DNA of 64,000 nt from a virus. Lineage: Duplodnaviria; Caudoviricetes. The position numbers were made by a program, and so were the translations under genes. A model generated the notes under the pieces. The model was given only the letters and a program-made list of their open reading frames with translations. It was not told the origin of the DNA and made no database searches. Positions 28,817 through 37,904 of this stretch are shown here, in pieces (the stretch's first letter is position 1; the number at the start of each line of letters is the position of its first letter). The stretch lies in the IMG/VR virus record IMGVR_UViG_2863283106_000001, positions 48,519-112,518 of that record; one strand, written 5' to 3'.

Positions 28817-28953
28817 GGCATAAGAGTGTGCACGCTCGCGGCCCCGTCGGGTGCACGCGGTGGGCTAGTTCAGCAGACTGCGGCGGGTGCCGTTGAAATA
28901 CAGGGAGGCTCTCAGTGGTGTGGCACACTGCATTTACCTCAAATGAGGGTTCA

Positions 28954-29007
28954 GCCCGCCCCGTCGACGCCGGGAAGCGTTTCTAACCCGACGGGGCGGG
29001 CCCTTTT
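28954..29007. terminator. Long inverted repeat after the terminase gene (GCCCGCCCCGTCG / CGACGGGGCGGGC)
   Basis: 13-bp stem. Confidence 0.6.
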
Positions 29008-29018
29008 GCATGATCAGC

Positions 29019-30815
29019 TCAGTTCAGCAGACCGCGGCGGCGGGGCGGGTTGATCGGCTCCGGTTCGTAGGGGGCCAGGAGGATCGCCTCGGCCCGGTCG
29101 GGGGATTTCATGCCGCGGCCCTTCATCTGCTTCTTCGACTCGACGACGGAGTACCCGCCGGCGTTCGACAGGAGCTTCGGCGTGGAGAGCTGCGCCGCAG
29201 ACTTCTTGTCGATGCGGTAGCGCAGCCGGCCGCGGCCGGTGGACGGGTCCGGCTGCAGGAGGCTGCGGGTGGCGAGCCACATCTCGTCACGCTTGCGGTA
29301 GGGCCGCATGACGGCGCCCGGGTCGTCCTGGGAGGGGTTCTCGGACACCATCACGCCGACGATCTGCGCCTGGTGCTCGCCGTTCTGCCCCCAGGTCTCG
29401 AGCATGGACACCACGCCGTGGCCGATGCCGTTCTTGTCGACCTTGACGCGGACGGGGTGCGGGGACTTGAGGGCGTCGGCCAGGCGCTGCGCGGCGTGGA
29501 TCTCCTCGAGGACCTTCTTGGCGACCTTGACCTGGTTGTCGTTGGCGGCGCCAGCGGAGGCGTGCCGGTTCTCGATGACGTCGCCGATGGAGCGGGCGAT
29601 GGCGAACTCGTCGCCGCCGTCGGCTGCGACGTCGACGCCGAGGCGGACCCAGGCGCCTTCGCGGACGGTGTGGGTGGCGGTCTCGTCCTCGAGTCCGAGG
29701 TCGCATAGGCGGTGCCAGCCGGGCCCGGTGGGGTCTTCGGTGTTGAGGGCGTCCTCGATCCAGGTGGGCGGGATGACGAGCCCTCCGCCGCCCTTGGGGA
29801 AGCGCGCGTACACCTTGGCGATGACGTACGGGTGATCGGGGCCGTAGGCGCGGATGGTGCGGTCCACCCAGTCCTGGTCCGGCATGTGCCGGGCGAGGGT
29901 GTGCAGGTCGTTCGGGTTGGGCGGGCAGTCCGTGCAGTACGGCACCCGCTCCCCCGTGATCGCGGGGGAGGTGAGGGAGGAGATCGGGATGGTGACGGTG
30001 GTCGGCTCCTCCGGGTCCTCCCCTTCCAGGCACAGCTCCTCGAACCAGGACGCGGGGTCGTCCATGGCGGGGTTGCCGATGGCGAGCATCGCGGCGTGTC
30101 CGCCGGTCAGGAGGTTGTTCGTGCCGTGGCCGATCGCCGGGGCGATACCGCCGGCCTCGTCGACGATGAGCAGGATGTGGGCCATGTGGATGCCCTGCAT
30201 GGCGGCCTCGTCGTTCGCGGGGGCCGAGAAGCCGTACGCGGCGACGAAGTCGTGCCCCTGCGGGGTGGGCATCTTGTACTGGACGGTGTCGCAGTAGCCG
30301 GGCAGTCCGGCCCGGGGCACCACCTTGCGGATGTGGGGCCAGAGCTGCCGCTGCACCTGCCGGAAGCGGGTCGCGGTGGTGATGCACAGCGCGGTGCCGA
30401 CCGGGTAGACGTTGACGAACCAGACGGCGGCGCGCGCGGCGAGGTGGGTCTTGCCGACGCCGAAGCCGGCCGGGACGGCGACGCGTTTGTGGGTGACGAT
30501 CGCGTCCAGGACGTCGCGCTGCAGGCTCCAGATGGACTCTCCGAGGACGTCCTCGACGAACCCGCTCGGGGTGTCGCGCCATAGGCCGTAGAGGGAGCCG
30601 GTGACGCGTTCGACCTCGCGCATGACGTACGGCCGCTCTCGGGCGGTGATGTCGTGCTTGAAGGCGTGGCGACGGGCGGTGACGGGGGCGCGGAGCAGGA
30701 TGTCGGCGACGTTGGCGGCGTCGCGGGATTTGACGCCGGGCCGGCGGGCGCGCTGCAGCTCCTGGCGTGAGGGGGCCACGCGGAGATGTGAGGTCGGGGG
30801 CTGCGTGCGGGGCAT
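29019..30815 (-). CDS. terL: Phage terminase large subunit
   Basis: Walker A AGFGVGKT, Walker B LLIVDEAG, IGNP coupling motif, nuclease LGVDVA, VDKNGIG, SPDRAEA. Confidence 0.92.
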   Translation of the reverse strand: MPRTQPPTSHLRVAPSRQELQRARRPGVKSRDAANVADILLRAPVTARRHAFKHDITARERPYVMREVERVTGSLYGLWRDTPSGFVEDVLGESIWSLQRDVLDAIVTHKRVAVPAGFGVGKTHLAARAAVWFVNVYPVGTALCITTATRFRQVQRQLWPHIRKVVPRAGLPGYCDTVQYKMPTPQGHDFVAAYGFSAPANDEAAMQGIHMAHILLIVDEAGGIAPAIGHGTNNLLTGGHAAMLAIGNPAMDDPASWFEELCLEGEDPEEPTTVTIPISSLTSPAITGERVPYCTDCPPNPNDLHTLARHMPDQDWVDRTIRAYGPDHPYVIAKVYARFPKGGGGLVIPPTWIEDALNTEDPTGPGWHRLCDLGLEDETATHTVREGAWVRLGVDVAADGGDEFAIARSIGDVIENRHASAGAANDNQVKVAKKVLEEIHAAQRLADALKSPHPVRVKVDKNGIGHGVVSMLETWGQNGEHQAQIVGVMVSENPSQDDPGAVMRPYRKRDEMWLATRSLLQPDPSTGRGRLRYRIDKKSAAQLSTPKLLSNAGGYSVVESKKQMKGRGMKSPDRAEAILLAPYEPEPINPPRRRGLLN

Positions 30816-30822
30816 GGGCCGG

Positions 30823-30853
30823 AAGGTGCAGCGCGGGCGGCGCTTGTGTCGCG
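30823..30853 (-). promoter_or_regulatory. CGCGAC-class promoter of terL (leaderless)
   Basis: CGCGACACAAG...N19...CACCTT, 7 nt, ATG. Confidence 0.7.
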
Positions 30854-31112
30854 GCCTGGCCGGGGCCCATGCCCAGGCCGCCGGCCAGACCGCGCGGTTC
30901 CGGCACTGCCATGACGAACTGCCTGCCCTGTCTGTCAGGAAAGGCGTCTGTGCCGGAAGTCGGTGCCGGGGTGAGGCCTCTCCCGGGGGGGTGGAGCAGG
31001 ACCGTCACCCCGGCTCTTGGGGGGGGGTGCGTGGCTGGCGCGTCCTTCCCCGGGGGGATGTCGGGGCGGGAGAGCCAGCCGCACCCTGTAGTACGTCAGG
31101 GGCCGGATTCTG

Positions 31113-31847
31113 TTACACCCCCGGCGAGAAGGGCGGCCGCAGCCGGTCCCCGCGGAAGTACCGGAGCGCCTGCCGCTCGTATCGGCGCTGCGCCGGGCCG
31201 TCGTCCGGGTCGGCGGAGGCGAGCCAGGCCGGGGTGATGTCGAGCGTCCAGACGGCGGGCGCGGCCGGGCCCGGAACGACCTTGAGGGGCTTGCCCGCGG
31301 CCACCCACTCATCGAGTGCGTTCTTGGCGACCTGGCGCAGCCGCTCGGTTTCCCCGGCCGTGGGCGTACGGCCGGGCCCCGCGGTGGTCACCTCGCTGAT
31401 GTTGAACGGGAAGTCGTTCAGGTCCGTCGCCGGCAGCCCTAGGGAGACCTCCAGCTTCTTGCCCATCTGCTCGAGGAGGGTGACGACCGCGGCGACGGCG
31501 CTGCAGCCGGGGCAGGGGCAGTCCTCCGGGGCTTCCTCAGCGGCCGTGGCCTCCGGCACGTCCTGGGTGTGCTCCGGCGCGTCCTCGGCGGCCGTGGCGA
31601 CCGGTGCCGTGCCGGTGGTGGCGTCGAGGCTGGCGAGGAGGTCCTGCTCCTCCTCAGCCCGCCGTATCGCCTCCCGGAAGAGGGTCATCTCCGACTCGAC
31701 GACGGCGCGCTCCAGCGCGGTGAGCGCGAACCATGGGGTGGACTCCTCGCCGGTGGCCTGCCGGAGGAAGGCCCGGCGGGTCTCGTAGAAGTGGCGGGTC
31801 AGGTGGGGCGGGAGCGTGGTCCGCGGGGGCGTGGTTCGCGTCGTCAT
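31113..31847 (-). CDS. Hypothetical protein
   Basis: Flanked by 21-bp direct repeats GGGGTGT(A/C)ACAGAATCCGGCC. Confidence 0.65.
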   Translation of the reverse strand: MTTRTTPPRTTLPPHLTRHFYETRRAFLRQATGEESTPWFALTALERAVVESEMTLFREAIRRAEEEQDLLASLDATTGTAPVATAAEDAPEHTQDVPEATAAEEAPEDCPCPGCSAVAAVVTLLEQMGKKLEVSLGLPATDLNDFPFNISEVTTAGPGRTPTAGETERLRQVAKNALDEWVAAGKPLKVVPGPAAPAVWTLDITPAWLASADPDDGPAQRRYERQALRYFRGDRLRPPFSPGV

Positions 31848-31994
31848 GCTGGGGGGAACGCGGGCGGCCGGATTCTGTGACACCCCTGCCCCGGCTGCTG
31901 CTGCGCCTGGTGCTGCTCGATCCCTAGCGAACCCCACCACGCGCCGATGCCTGAGCGAAGCGAAGGCATCGGAACTTACTTGATGGTGGTGCTT

Positions 31995-32112
31995 GATCTT
32001 ATTACTAAAGGGGACCAGTCTTCCGGAACCCGGTTATCCGGCGACCGATCTACCGGCGACCGAAAACCGGTCCCCGGTGACCGGGGACCAAAAACCGGTC
32101 TCCGGTGCGACC
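31995..32112. repeat. Imperfect ~15-bp-period repeats (CCGGCGACCG-like) next to an AT-rich patch; candidate iteron or clt-like locus
   Basis: ccggcgaccgatcta/ccggcgaccgaaaa/ccggtccccggtga/ccggggaccaaaaa/ccggtctccgg adjacent to cttattactaaag. Confidence 0.5.
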
Positions 32113-32176
32113 TGGGGCGGGGCAAGAAGAAACCGGCCCCGACGATGCCGGGGCCGGTGCGGTGCGGGGTGTTGCT

Positions 32177-32803
32177 CTACAGGCCGTACCTCTTACGGGC
32201 GGCCGCCCGGTGCTGGTACGCCAGAGTCCGGCTGACGCCGGCGTGCTCGGCGATCTGCTCCGGGCTCCACTCGTAGGGCGGCTGCGACAGGGCGAGCACG
32301 GCCGCCTGCATGACGCGTACGGCAACTTCACGGCGGGCCCGTGCCGCGTGCACGATCGGGGCCGCCTCGAGGAGCTTGGTCTCGGCGTCCTGGACGCGCT
32401 CGACGCCTGCCTCTTCCGCGAACCGGATGAGGTCCTCGTTCGTCTCGGCGTCCGGCAGCGGGTGCGTCTTGTCGCCGAATACGGTCGCGGCGAGGTTCCG
32501 CCGGTACCCGATCGGGGACAGACCGACAGTTTTGGCCAGTCCGAGACGCTGCTCGTAGAACCACAGGTGTGCCAGCGCGCGGTCCCGCTCCCCCTGATAG
32601 AGGGCGATCTCGGCGTCAGCCTGACGGACGGCTTCCGCGGCCTTCACGACCAGGTCGTCCGGACGGGCGCTGACGATCAGGTCCTCGGGCCGCTCGGGGC
32701 GAAGACCAAGAGCCGTGAGGGCCACGGTCTCGGCGTCCTTGGCGATCTGCTCGTAGTCCGGGCCCTTGATGCGCGGCCCGTACTTGACTCCAGCCTTGGG
32801 CAT
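32177..32803 (-). CDS. Regulator with C-terminal HTH (sigma-70 region 4-like)
   Basis: WSPEQIAEHAGVSRTLAYQH; RBS GGAGA. Confidence 0.7.
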   Translation of the reverse strand: MPKAGVKYGPRIKGPDYEQIAKDAETVALTALGLRPERPEDLIVSARPDDLVVKAAEAVRQADAEIALYQGERDRALAHLWFYEQRLGLAKTVGLSPIGYRRNLAATVFGDKTHPLPDAETNEDLIRFAEEAGVERVQDAETKLLEAAPIVHAARARREVAVRVMQAAVLALSQPPYEWSPEQIAEHAGVSRTLAYQHRAAARKRYGL

Positions 32804-32884
32804 AACGGCTGTTCTCCATCTCGCTGTGGCGCGGTTGTGCGCCGTAGCGGCGACTGGGGCAACCCCATGCCGCCGCATCAGCGG

Positions 32885-32906
32885 GAATGGTACACCCGAG
32901 TAAATC
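32885..32906 (-). promoter_or_regulatory. ATTTAC-N3-GGTGTAC(T/C)ATT class promoter/operator
   Basis: GATTTACTCGGGTGTACCATTC; 8 related copies in the window. Confidence 0.65.
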
Positions 32907-33169
32907 CCGGTGTCAGGTGTGCCGGGCCGGGAGGGGCACTGACCTGATGCGGAGCACCGCGAACGCGACGCCGGCGACCACCACCACTTTCCCGTGGGCA
33001 TCCCGTACGACGCTCTGTCCGGGAGCTGGGTTGCCGGGCGTGTCAGTGGTGGCGATCCGGCCTGCCCCAAGAGTCGGCCCGCCCGGGATCCGCAGGACCC
33101 ACAGCAGGAACGGACCCAGGCGCAGCCCTCGAGGGCGCCGGAGGCGGCGCTGCAGCGTGACACGGGGGC

Positions 33170-33754
33170 TCACCGGCGGTGCCCCTTCTGTGCGGCGCGG
33201 AGTGCGGCCCGTTCCCTCTTGCTGGCGGCCCACTCCTTCCGCGGGGCGAGCGCGTGCGCCCCCACGGATACGCGGCCCAGAACGACCTCGAGACCGGCCC
33301 TCTTCGCGTTCCGTCCCTGCCCGTGCCACAACCAGGAGATGGCGAAGATCGCGGGTGGCACGTTGGGGCTCGCCGGCCACACGCCGACGGTGAACCGGCC
33401 GAAGTCGACGAAGTGCGACCGCTGCGCGGACAGCAGCACCTGCACGACGAGGTACACGAGGGCAGAGCCCAGCGATACCCACTGCCACAGCAGGAACGCG
33501 ATCAGGGCGTTCGCGGTCCACTCGCCCAGGAACCAGGCCGCCTTCCCCACGCGGGACGGGTCCGGCCGGGGGAACCGCACCGTGCCGGGCAGGTGCTCGA
33601 GAGTGCGCGGGTCCTCGTCGGTCCATGCCCAGTGCCGCTCATGCCGCTCGCTCCCAGAGGCGGCGTGCGCGCCCTCGTGCCCGGCGAGCCGCTGGCACTG
33701 CAGGTTGAGGGAGAAGCAGGACCAGACAGGACACTGGCGTTGACGACGGCGCAT
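33170..33754 (-). CDS. Hypothetical membrane protein with Cys/His N-terminus
   Basis: C...C..HEGAH; TM segment ALIAFLLWQWVSLGSALVYLVV; start uncertain. Confidence 0.55.
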   Translation of the reverse strand: MRRRQRQCPVWSCFSLNLQCQRLAGHEGAHAASGSERHERHWAWTDEDPRTLEHLPGTVRFPRPDPSRVGKAAWFLGEWTANALIAFLLWQWVSLGSALVYLVVQVLLSAQRSHFVDFGRFTVGVWPASPNVPPAIFAISWLWHGQGRNAKRAGLEVVLGRVSVGAHALAPRKEWAASKRERAALRAAQKGHRR

Positions 33755-33930
33755 CACGGCCTCCACGAGGTGAGGAAGTCGAGGAGCCCGTCGACCAGGC
33801 CCTCGAAGAGATCGGCGATCCGCCCGGCCCTGGACCGCTGCGGTGTCCCGGCGCAGGCGCGGCGGGCGCGCTTGCCGGGCCTGCGCCGGGACGTACGCCT
33901 CTCGGCCCCGGGCGGCCCACAACCGGCGCC

Positions 33931-34287
33931 TCATCGGGCGGCCGCCGCGGTCACGGCCCGCACCCCGTCGGGGGTGAGCAGGTACAGGCGGCCGTCGGGG
34001 TAGCGCACCTCGACCTCGCTGGGGAGCTGCGGCCGGCGAACCTTCCACCCGGCCTCGTACGACTCCCGCGGGTGGTCCTCGAACCAGCCGTTACACGTCG
34101 TGCAGACCAGCAGCAGGTTGTGCGCCTGGTTGATCCACGGCTCCCGTGCCCCGCCCATGCCGCGGTTCACCCGGTGGTGGATGGTCAGGTCCTGCCGGGT
34201 CTCGCAGCGCACGCAGGCGCCCCCGTCACGCGCGTATACGAGGGCCTTCACCACGTCGGTGGGACCGGTCCGTCGTCGTGCCTTCAC
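33931..34287 (-). CDS. HNH endonuclease
   Basis: ARDGGACVRC...IHHR...NLLLVCTTCN; CGCGAC-class promoter at 34367-34397. Confidence 0.88.
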   Translation of the reverse strand: MKARRRTGPTDVVKALVYARDGGACVRCETRQDLTIHHRVNRGMGGAREPWINQAHNLLLVCTTCNGWFEDHPRESYEAGWKVRRPQLPSEVEVRYPDGRLYLLTPDGVRAVTAAAAR

Positions 34288-34475
34288 AGCACTGGTCTCC
34301 TACCTGCCCCGGGCGCCGGACCGCGTCGTTCACGGTCCTGGTGGGCGCGCCCGGGGCGAGGCGGGGAGAGTGGACGGCGGCCGCGCCTTACGTCGCGCCG
34401 AAATGGCCCGGCGCCTCAAGGGGGCTTGGGATACTTCTGTCTGTCCTGCTGCTGACGACTGAGGAGCGCCCCTCG

Positions 34476-34691
34476 ATGTCTGACGAGAACGCGTTCGTGA
34501 TCTTCACCGTGATTGGAGTCGCGCATCTGGCCGGGGCGTATCTCACCTGGTCGCGCCGCTCCCGGTGGGAAGCGGACACTCAGCGGTGGAGGGGCGTGAT
34601 GCGTTGGTTCAGCGGCCAGCGTCAGCTCAACGCCGAGTTGGCCCTCGGCGTCCTCTTCCTGGGCCTGGGCCTGGCCATCGGTCTCGCGTAG
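34476..34691 (+). CDS. Small membrane protein (2 TM)
   Basis: RBS GAGGAG; hydrophobic ends. Confidence 0.6.
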   Translation: MSDENAFVIFTVIGVAHLAGAYLTWSRRSRWEADTQRWRGVMRWFSGQRQLNAELALGVLFLGLGLAIGLA

Positions 34692-35033
34692 CTACCACGG
34701 CCCGTCAAGTCTCGCGTGGAGCTGCGCCCAGGTGGTGACGCCGAGGACGTCCGCGGCGAACCCGGCCAGGGTGTCGGCCCACAGGGCGTACGGCGTGCCG
34801 TGGCGCAGGTACGACAGCACCAGGAGGTCACACAGGACGTCGTCGGCGAGGATCGCGATCGTGGCGCGCCGGTCGGCGGCGGGGGCCGCGGTCAGATGCT
34901 CGAGCTGGTCCAGGCGGGCGAGCCAGTCGGGAACGGCCGAGGTGCGGGTGCACAGGCCTGAGTCGACGACGTTCCGGGCGCGGGCCGCGAGGCCGGCGAT
35001 CCGGGTGCGGGGCGGTGCGGCGGTCGGGAACAT
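34692..35033 (-). CDS. Hypothetical protein (leaderless)
   Basis: ATG 8 nt after TACGGT of a CGCGAC-class promoter. Confidence 0.65.
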   Translation of the reverse strand: MFPTAAPPRTRIAGLAARARNVVDSGLCTRTSAVPDWLARLDQLEHLTAAPAADRRATIAILADDVLCDLLVLSYLRHGTPYALWADTLAGFAADVLGVTTWAQLHARLDGPW

Positions 35034-35041
35034 GCCCGCGG

Positions 35042-35111
35042 ACCGTAGGCACGGCCACGGCTTGCGTCGCGCAGCGAGGACGCGACGTTAAGAGGCCCTG
35101 CAGCCGATGGT
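35042..35111. promoter_or_regulatory. Back-to-back divergent CGCGAC-class promoters
   Basis: Minus: CGCGAC(35071-35066)-N18-TACGGT; plus: CGCGAC(35081-35086)-N19-GATGGT. Confidence 0.68.
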
Positions 35112-35159
35112 GCGCGGCCCTGGGACGCAACAGGCGTCCCTGCGCCCCTTGGAGCTCCC

Positions 35160-35681
35160 GTGTCCCGCCTGTTCGGCAGCCTCGCGGCCCTTCTCTACAT
35201 CGGCACCATCGTCTCTGCGAACTGGGCCACTGCCCACTTCGGTTTCCTGTCGGTCGGCTTCGGCCTGTCCGCGACGGCGGGGACGTTCCTCGCCGGCGGC
35301 GCGCTGCTCGCCCGCAACCTCGTCCAGGACGCGTACGGGCGCACCACTGCCCTGGTGCTGATGACGGTCGGTACCTGCCTGTCGGCGTTCACCGCTCCGG
35401 CCGCCCTCGTGGTGGCCTCCGCCGCGGCGTTCGCGTTCTCCGAGCTCGCCGACATGGCCGTCTACACGCCGCTGCGCCGTTCCTACTGGGCCCGCGCGAT
35501 CCTGCCCGCGTGCCTGGTCGGCGCGCTCGTCGACACCGTGCTGTTCCTCGCCATCGCCGGGTTCCCGATCTGGTCGGCGGTGCCGGGCCAGATGGTCGGC
35601 AAGGCCTGGGCGGTGTTCCTGCCGGTCGCCGCGGTGACCGCCTTCCGGGCGGCCCGGAAGGTACGGACGGCGCGGCTGTGA
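35160..35681 (+). CDS. VUT/YhhQ-family queuosine-precursor (preQ0/preQ1) transporter
   Basis: ANW, RNLVQDAYG, ASAAAFAFSELADMAVYTPLR, VDTVLFLAIA, GQMVGK. Confidence 0.85.
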   Translation: MSRLFGSLAALLYIGTIVSANWATAHFGFLSVGFGLSATAGTFLAGGALLARNLVQDAYGRTTALVLMTVGTCLSAFTAPAALVVASAAAFAFSELADMAVYTPLRRSYWARAILPACLVGALVDTVLFLAIAGFPIWSAVPGQMVGKAWAVFLPVAAVTAFRAARKVRTARL

Positions 35682-36316
35682 TCTACCTGACCACGCCCTC
35701 CGGGGACAAGGTCCGGGCGGCGATGGCCGCGGGCCACGGGATCGCGTGGATGAGTACGCCCGCCTGCGGCCACGTCCTGCCCGCAGGGCAGATATGGGCA
35801 GCGGACAACGGCCGGTTCGGGAAGGGCTGGCCGGGCTACGAACGGTGGTGGCGGTACCTGGAGAGCCACGCCGACCGGGCCGGGGACTGCCTGTTCGCGG
35901 TCGCTCCGGACATCCCCATGGACGCGGCCGCAACGCTCGAGGAGTCCCGGCCGTGGCTGCCGAAGATCCGCGCCCTGGGCTACCGGGCGGCGTTCGCCGC
36001 GCAGGACGGCGCCGAGGACCTGCCGGTGCCGTGGGACGACCTGGACGTGCTGTTCCTCGCCGGCTCCACCGAGTGGAAGCTCGGGCCGGGCGCGCGCGTG
36101 CTGGCGCTCGAGGCGAAGCGGCGCGGCAAGCGCGTGCACATGGGGCGGGTGAACTCCCTCAAGCGGTTGCGGTACGCGCACTCGATCGGCTGCGACAGTG
36201 CCGACGGCACGTTCGTCGCGTTCGGGCCGGACAAGAACCTGCCGAAGTGCCTGGCGTGGGTGGCAGAGCTCAACGGCCAGGAGGAGCTGTTCCCGCTCAA
36301 GGCGCCCGCCGCTTAG
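35678..36316 (+). CDS. DpdA/TGT-like 7-deazaguanine DNA-modification protein
   Basis: WAADNG.F, APD, AQDG, LFLAGSTEWK, HMGRVNS, DSADGT; coupled to the VUT transporter. Confidence 0.72.
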   Translation: MIYLTTPSGDKVRAAMAAGHGIAWMSTPACGHVLPAGQIWAADNGRFGKGWPGYERWWRYLESHADRAGDCLFAVAPDIPMDAAATLEESRPWLPKIRALGYRAAFAAQDGAEDLPVPWDDLDVLFLAGSTEWKLGPGARVLALEAKRRGKRVHMGRVNSLKRLRYAHSIGCDSADGTFVAFGPDKNLPKCLAWVAELNGQEELFPLKAPAA

Positions 36317-36366
36317 GTGAGGTGACGCGGTTCTGCAGCTCCCGCCGCGTCACCTCACCTCACGGG

Positions 36367-36840
36367 TCAGGCCGCGCGCTGGATGGCGAGCGCCCGCTCG
36401 AGCTCGTCGAGCATCGCCACGATGTCGTCGACCTTCACGTAGGAGATCCCGAACGTGACCGTGCCGTCGTCGTGGACGTCGAACTCGTACTCCGCGTAAC
36501 TCTGCTCGTCCTCGTAGAAGTACCGGCCCGGCTCCGCTTCGGCGAACCCGCCGGGCCCCTCGTCGAACCAGCCAGCGCCCCATATCTCCGCCATGGCTTG
36601 GCCAACGGCCGCTTTGGGGACATGCTCGAACTCGATGGTGGCGCGCCCGTGGTCATCGAGGCATGCCTTCCCCAGGCCTTCCCCGGATGTCTCCCAGCGC
36701 AGGGTGGGGCCGAAGCACTGGCACCTGTCGGCGTGGGTCAGGGCGGGGAACGCCGCGATGAACGCGGCTTGCGCGGTCCGCTGGTGCTCGCTCCATGCGT
36801 CGGTCCAGTCCTCGAGCGCTTCCTTGACGTGCGGTTGCAC
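36367..36840 (-). CDS. Hypothetical acidic protein
   Basis: RBS GAAGGGAG before GTG. Confidence 0.65.
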   Translation of the reverse strand: MQPHVKEALEDWTDAWSEHQRTAQAAFIAAFPALTHADRCQCFGPTLRWETSGEGLGKACLDDHGRATIEFEHVPKAAVGQAMAEIWGAGWFDEGPGGFAEAEPGRYFYEDEQSYAEYEFDVHDDGTVTFGISYVKVDDIVAMLDELERALAIQRAA

Positions 36841-36962
36841 GTTGCTCCCTTCCGCCCACGGGGCGGGGCCGCGGGGTTGCGGCCGCGGGACGCGCCGCGG
36901 GCAAGGAGGGGCACCCTGCACACCGCGGAATGCTTGCGTCCGCTCCTGGGGTGCGGGGTCAG

Positions 36963-37784
36963 TCAGCCGACTGCAGGCTTCGCCACCAGGTCGCACGACT
37001 CGAACAGCTCGAACCACTCCTCCGGCTCGCCGTCCTCGTCCGCCAGGGCGACCAGACGGGAACCGCCGTACACGGACTCGGCAAGGAAGTTCATCGTGGC
37101 GCGCATGTCGGGGTCGGCGATCCGGTCCGCGCCGACGGCGACCGCGACGTACTGGTCCAGCCCGGCCATGGCGTCAGGGTTGGTGTTCCACACGGCGAAC
37201 GCCATGACGCGCTGCGGGTCCTCACCCCACCAGGCACGCCGCCCCAGGTCGAGCCGGCCGGGCAGCAACGCCTGATCGACGAACCGGGCCAGGATCCGCC
37301 AGACACTGTCCGAGTGGTGCCGGTACTGGGCGAACGACACGGCCACCCGCGGAACGTCCCCGTACGGGCGGGGACAAGACACCAGGGCTGTCCACACCAG
37401 GAGCACGGCCGCTGCTGTGTCGTGGTCTGGGCGCGGGATGCGGGCGGCGATCCGGCGGGCGTACGGGTCCGCCACGGCGCCCAGGACGGCGCGCTGCTCG
37501 CTGGTGAGGGCCAGGCCGAGAACGTCCTGGGCGAACCTGGCGGGGGTGTCGTGCCACAGCTCGTAGGCGCTGCCGGTGTGCAGGTCCAGGGCGATCATCA
37601 CGTCCAGGACCGCGGCGTCCTCGAGGGCGGAGACGTGCGTGAGCCGCTCGTCGACCGGCATGTTCAGCAGTCGGTGCGCGAGCTCCACGGACTGCGGGAC
37701 CGGCTGGACGATCCGGTGCGGGTGGTTTCGGCGCCAGGCCGTGGCGGCGAGCGTGGCGTACCGGGTGGGCGGGATGTACGTCAT
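36963..37784 (-). CDS. Catalytically degenerate paralog of the terminase ATPase domain
   Basis: Aligns by eye with the TerL N-terminal half (TGSAYELWHDTPARFAQDVLG vs TGSLYGLWRDTPSGFVEDVLG); Walker A/B lost; no nuclease domain. Confidence 0.75.
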   Translation of the reverse strand: MTYIPPTRYATLAATAWRRNHPHRIVQPVPQSVELAHRLLNMPVDERLTHVSALEDAAVLDVMIALDLHTGSAYELWHDTPARFAQDVLGLALTSEQRAVLGAVADPYARRIAARIPRPDHDTAAAVLLVWTALVSCPRPYGDVPRVAVSFAQYRHHSDSVWRILARFVDQALLPGRLDLGRRAWWGEDPQRVMAFAVWNTNPDAMAGLDQYVAVAVGADRIADPDMRATMNFLAESVYGGSRLVALADEDGEPEEWFELFESCDLVAKPAVG

Positions 37785-37792
37785 GGGCGCGG

Positions 37793-37822
37793 ACCGTAGG
37801 GTCCCCGAGCGCTTGCGTCGCG
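37793..37822 (-). promoter_or_regulatory. CGCGAC-class promoter (leaderless)
   Basis: CGCGACGCAAG...N18...TACGGT, 8 nt, ATG. Confidence 0.7.
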
Positions 37823-37904
37823 CGCCTTGCGCCGGGGCCTGGGGGTACGGCTGCGCCCCGGCCGGGGAGTCGTCCGGCCGGGGCGCAGGAGCGGGCGGAG
37901 GGAG

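Noticed and set aside
31063-31086. GGGGCGGG-AGAGCCA-GCCGC hairpin-like sequence
   Set aside because: Imperfect stem, no CCACGAA or RBS and no downstream gene; not counted among the leaders.
33755-33934. Small gene between the HNH gene and 33170-33754
   Set aside because: One frame ends plausibly (DLFEGLVDGLLDFLTSWRP) but I could not assign a convincing start.
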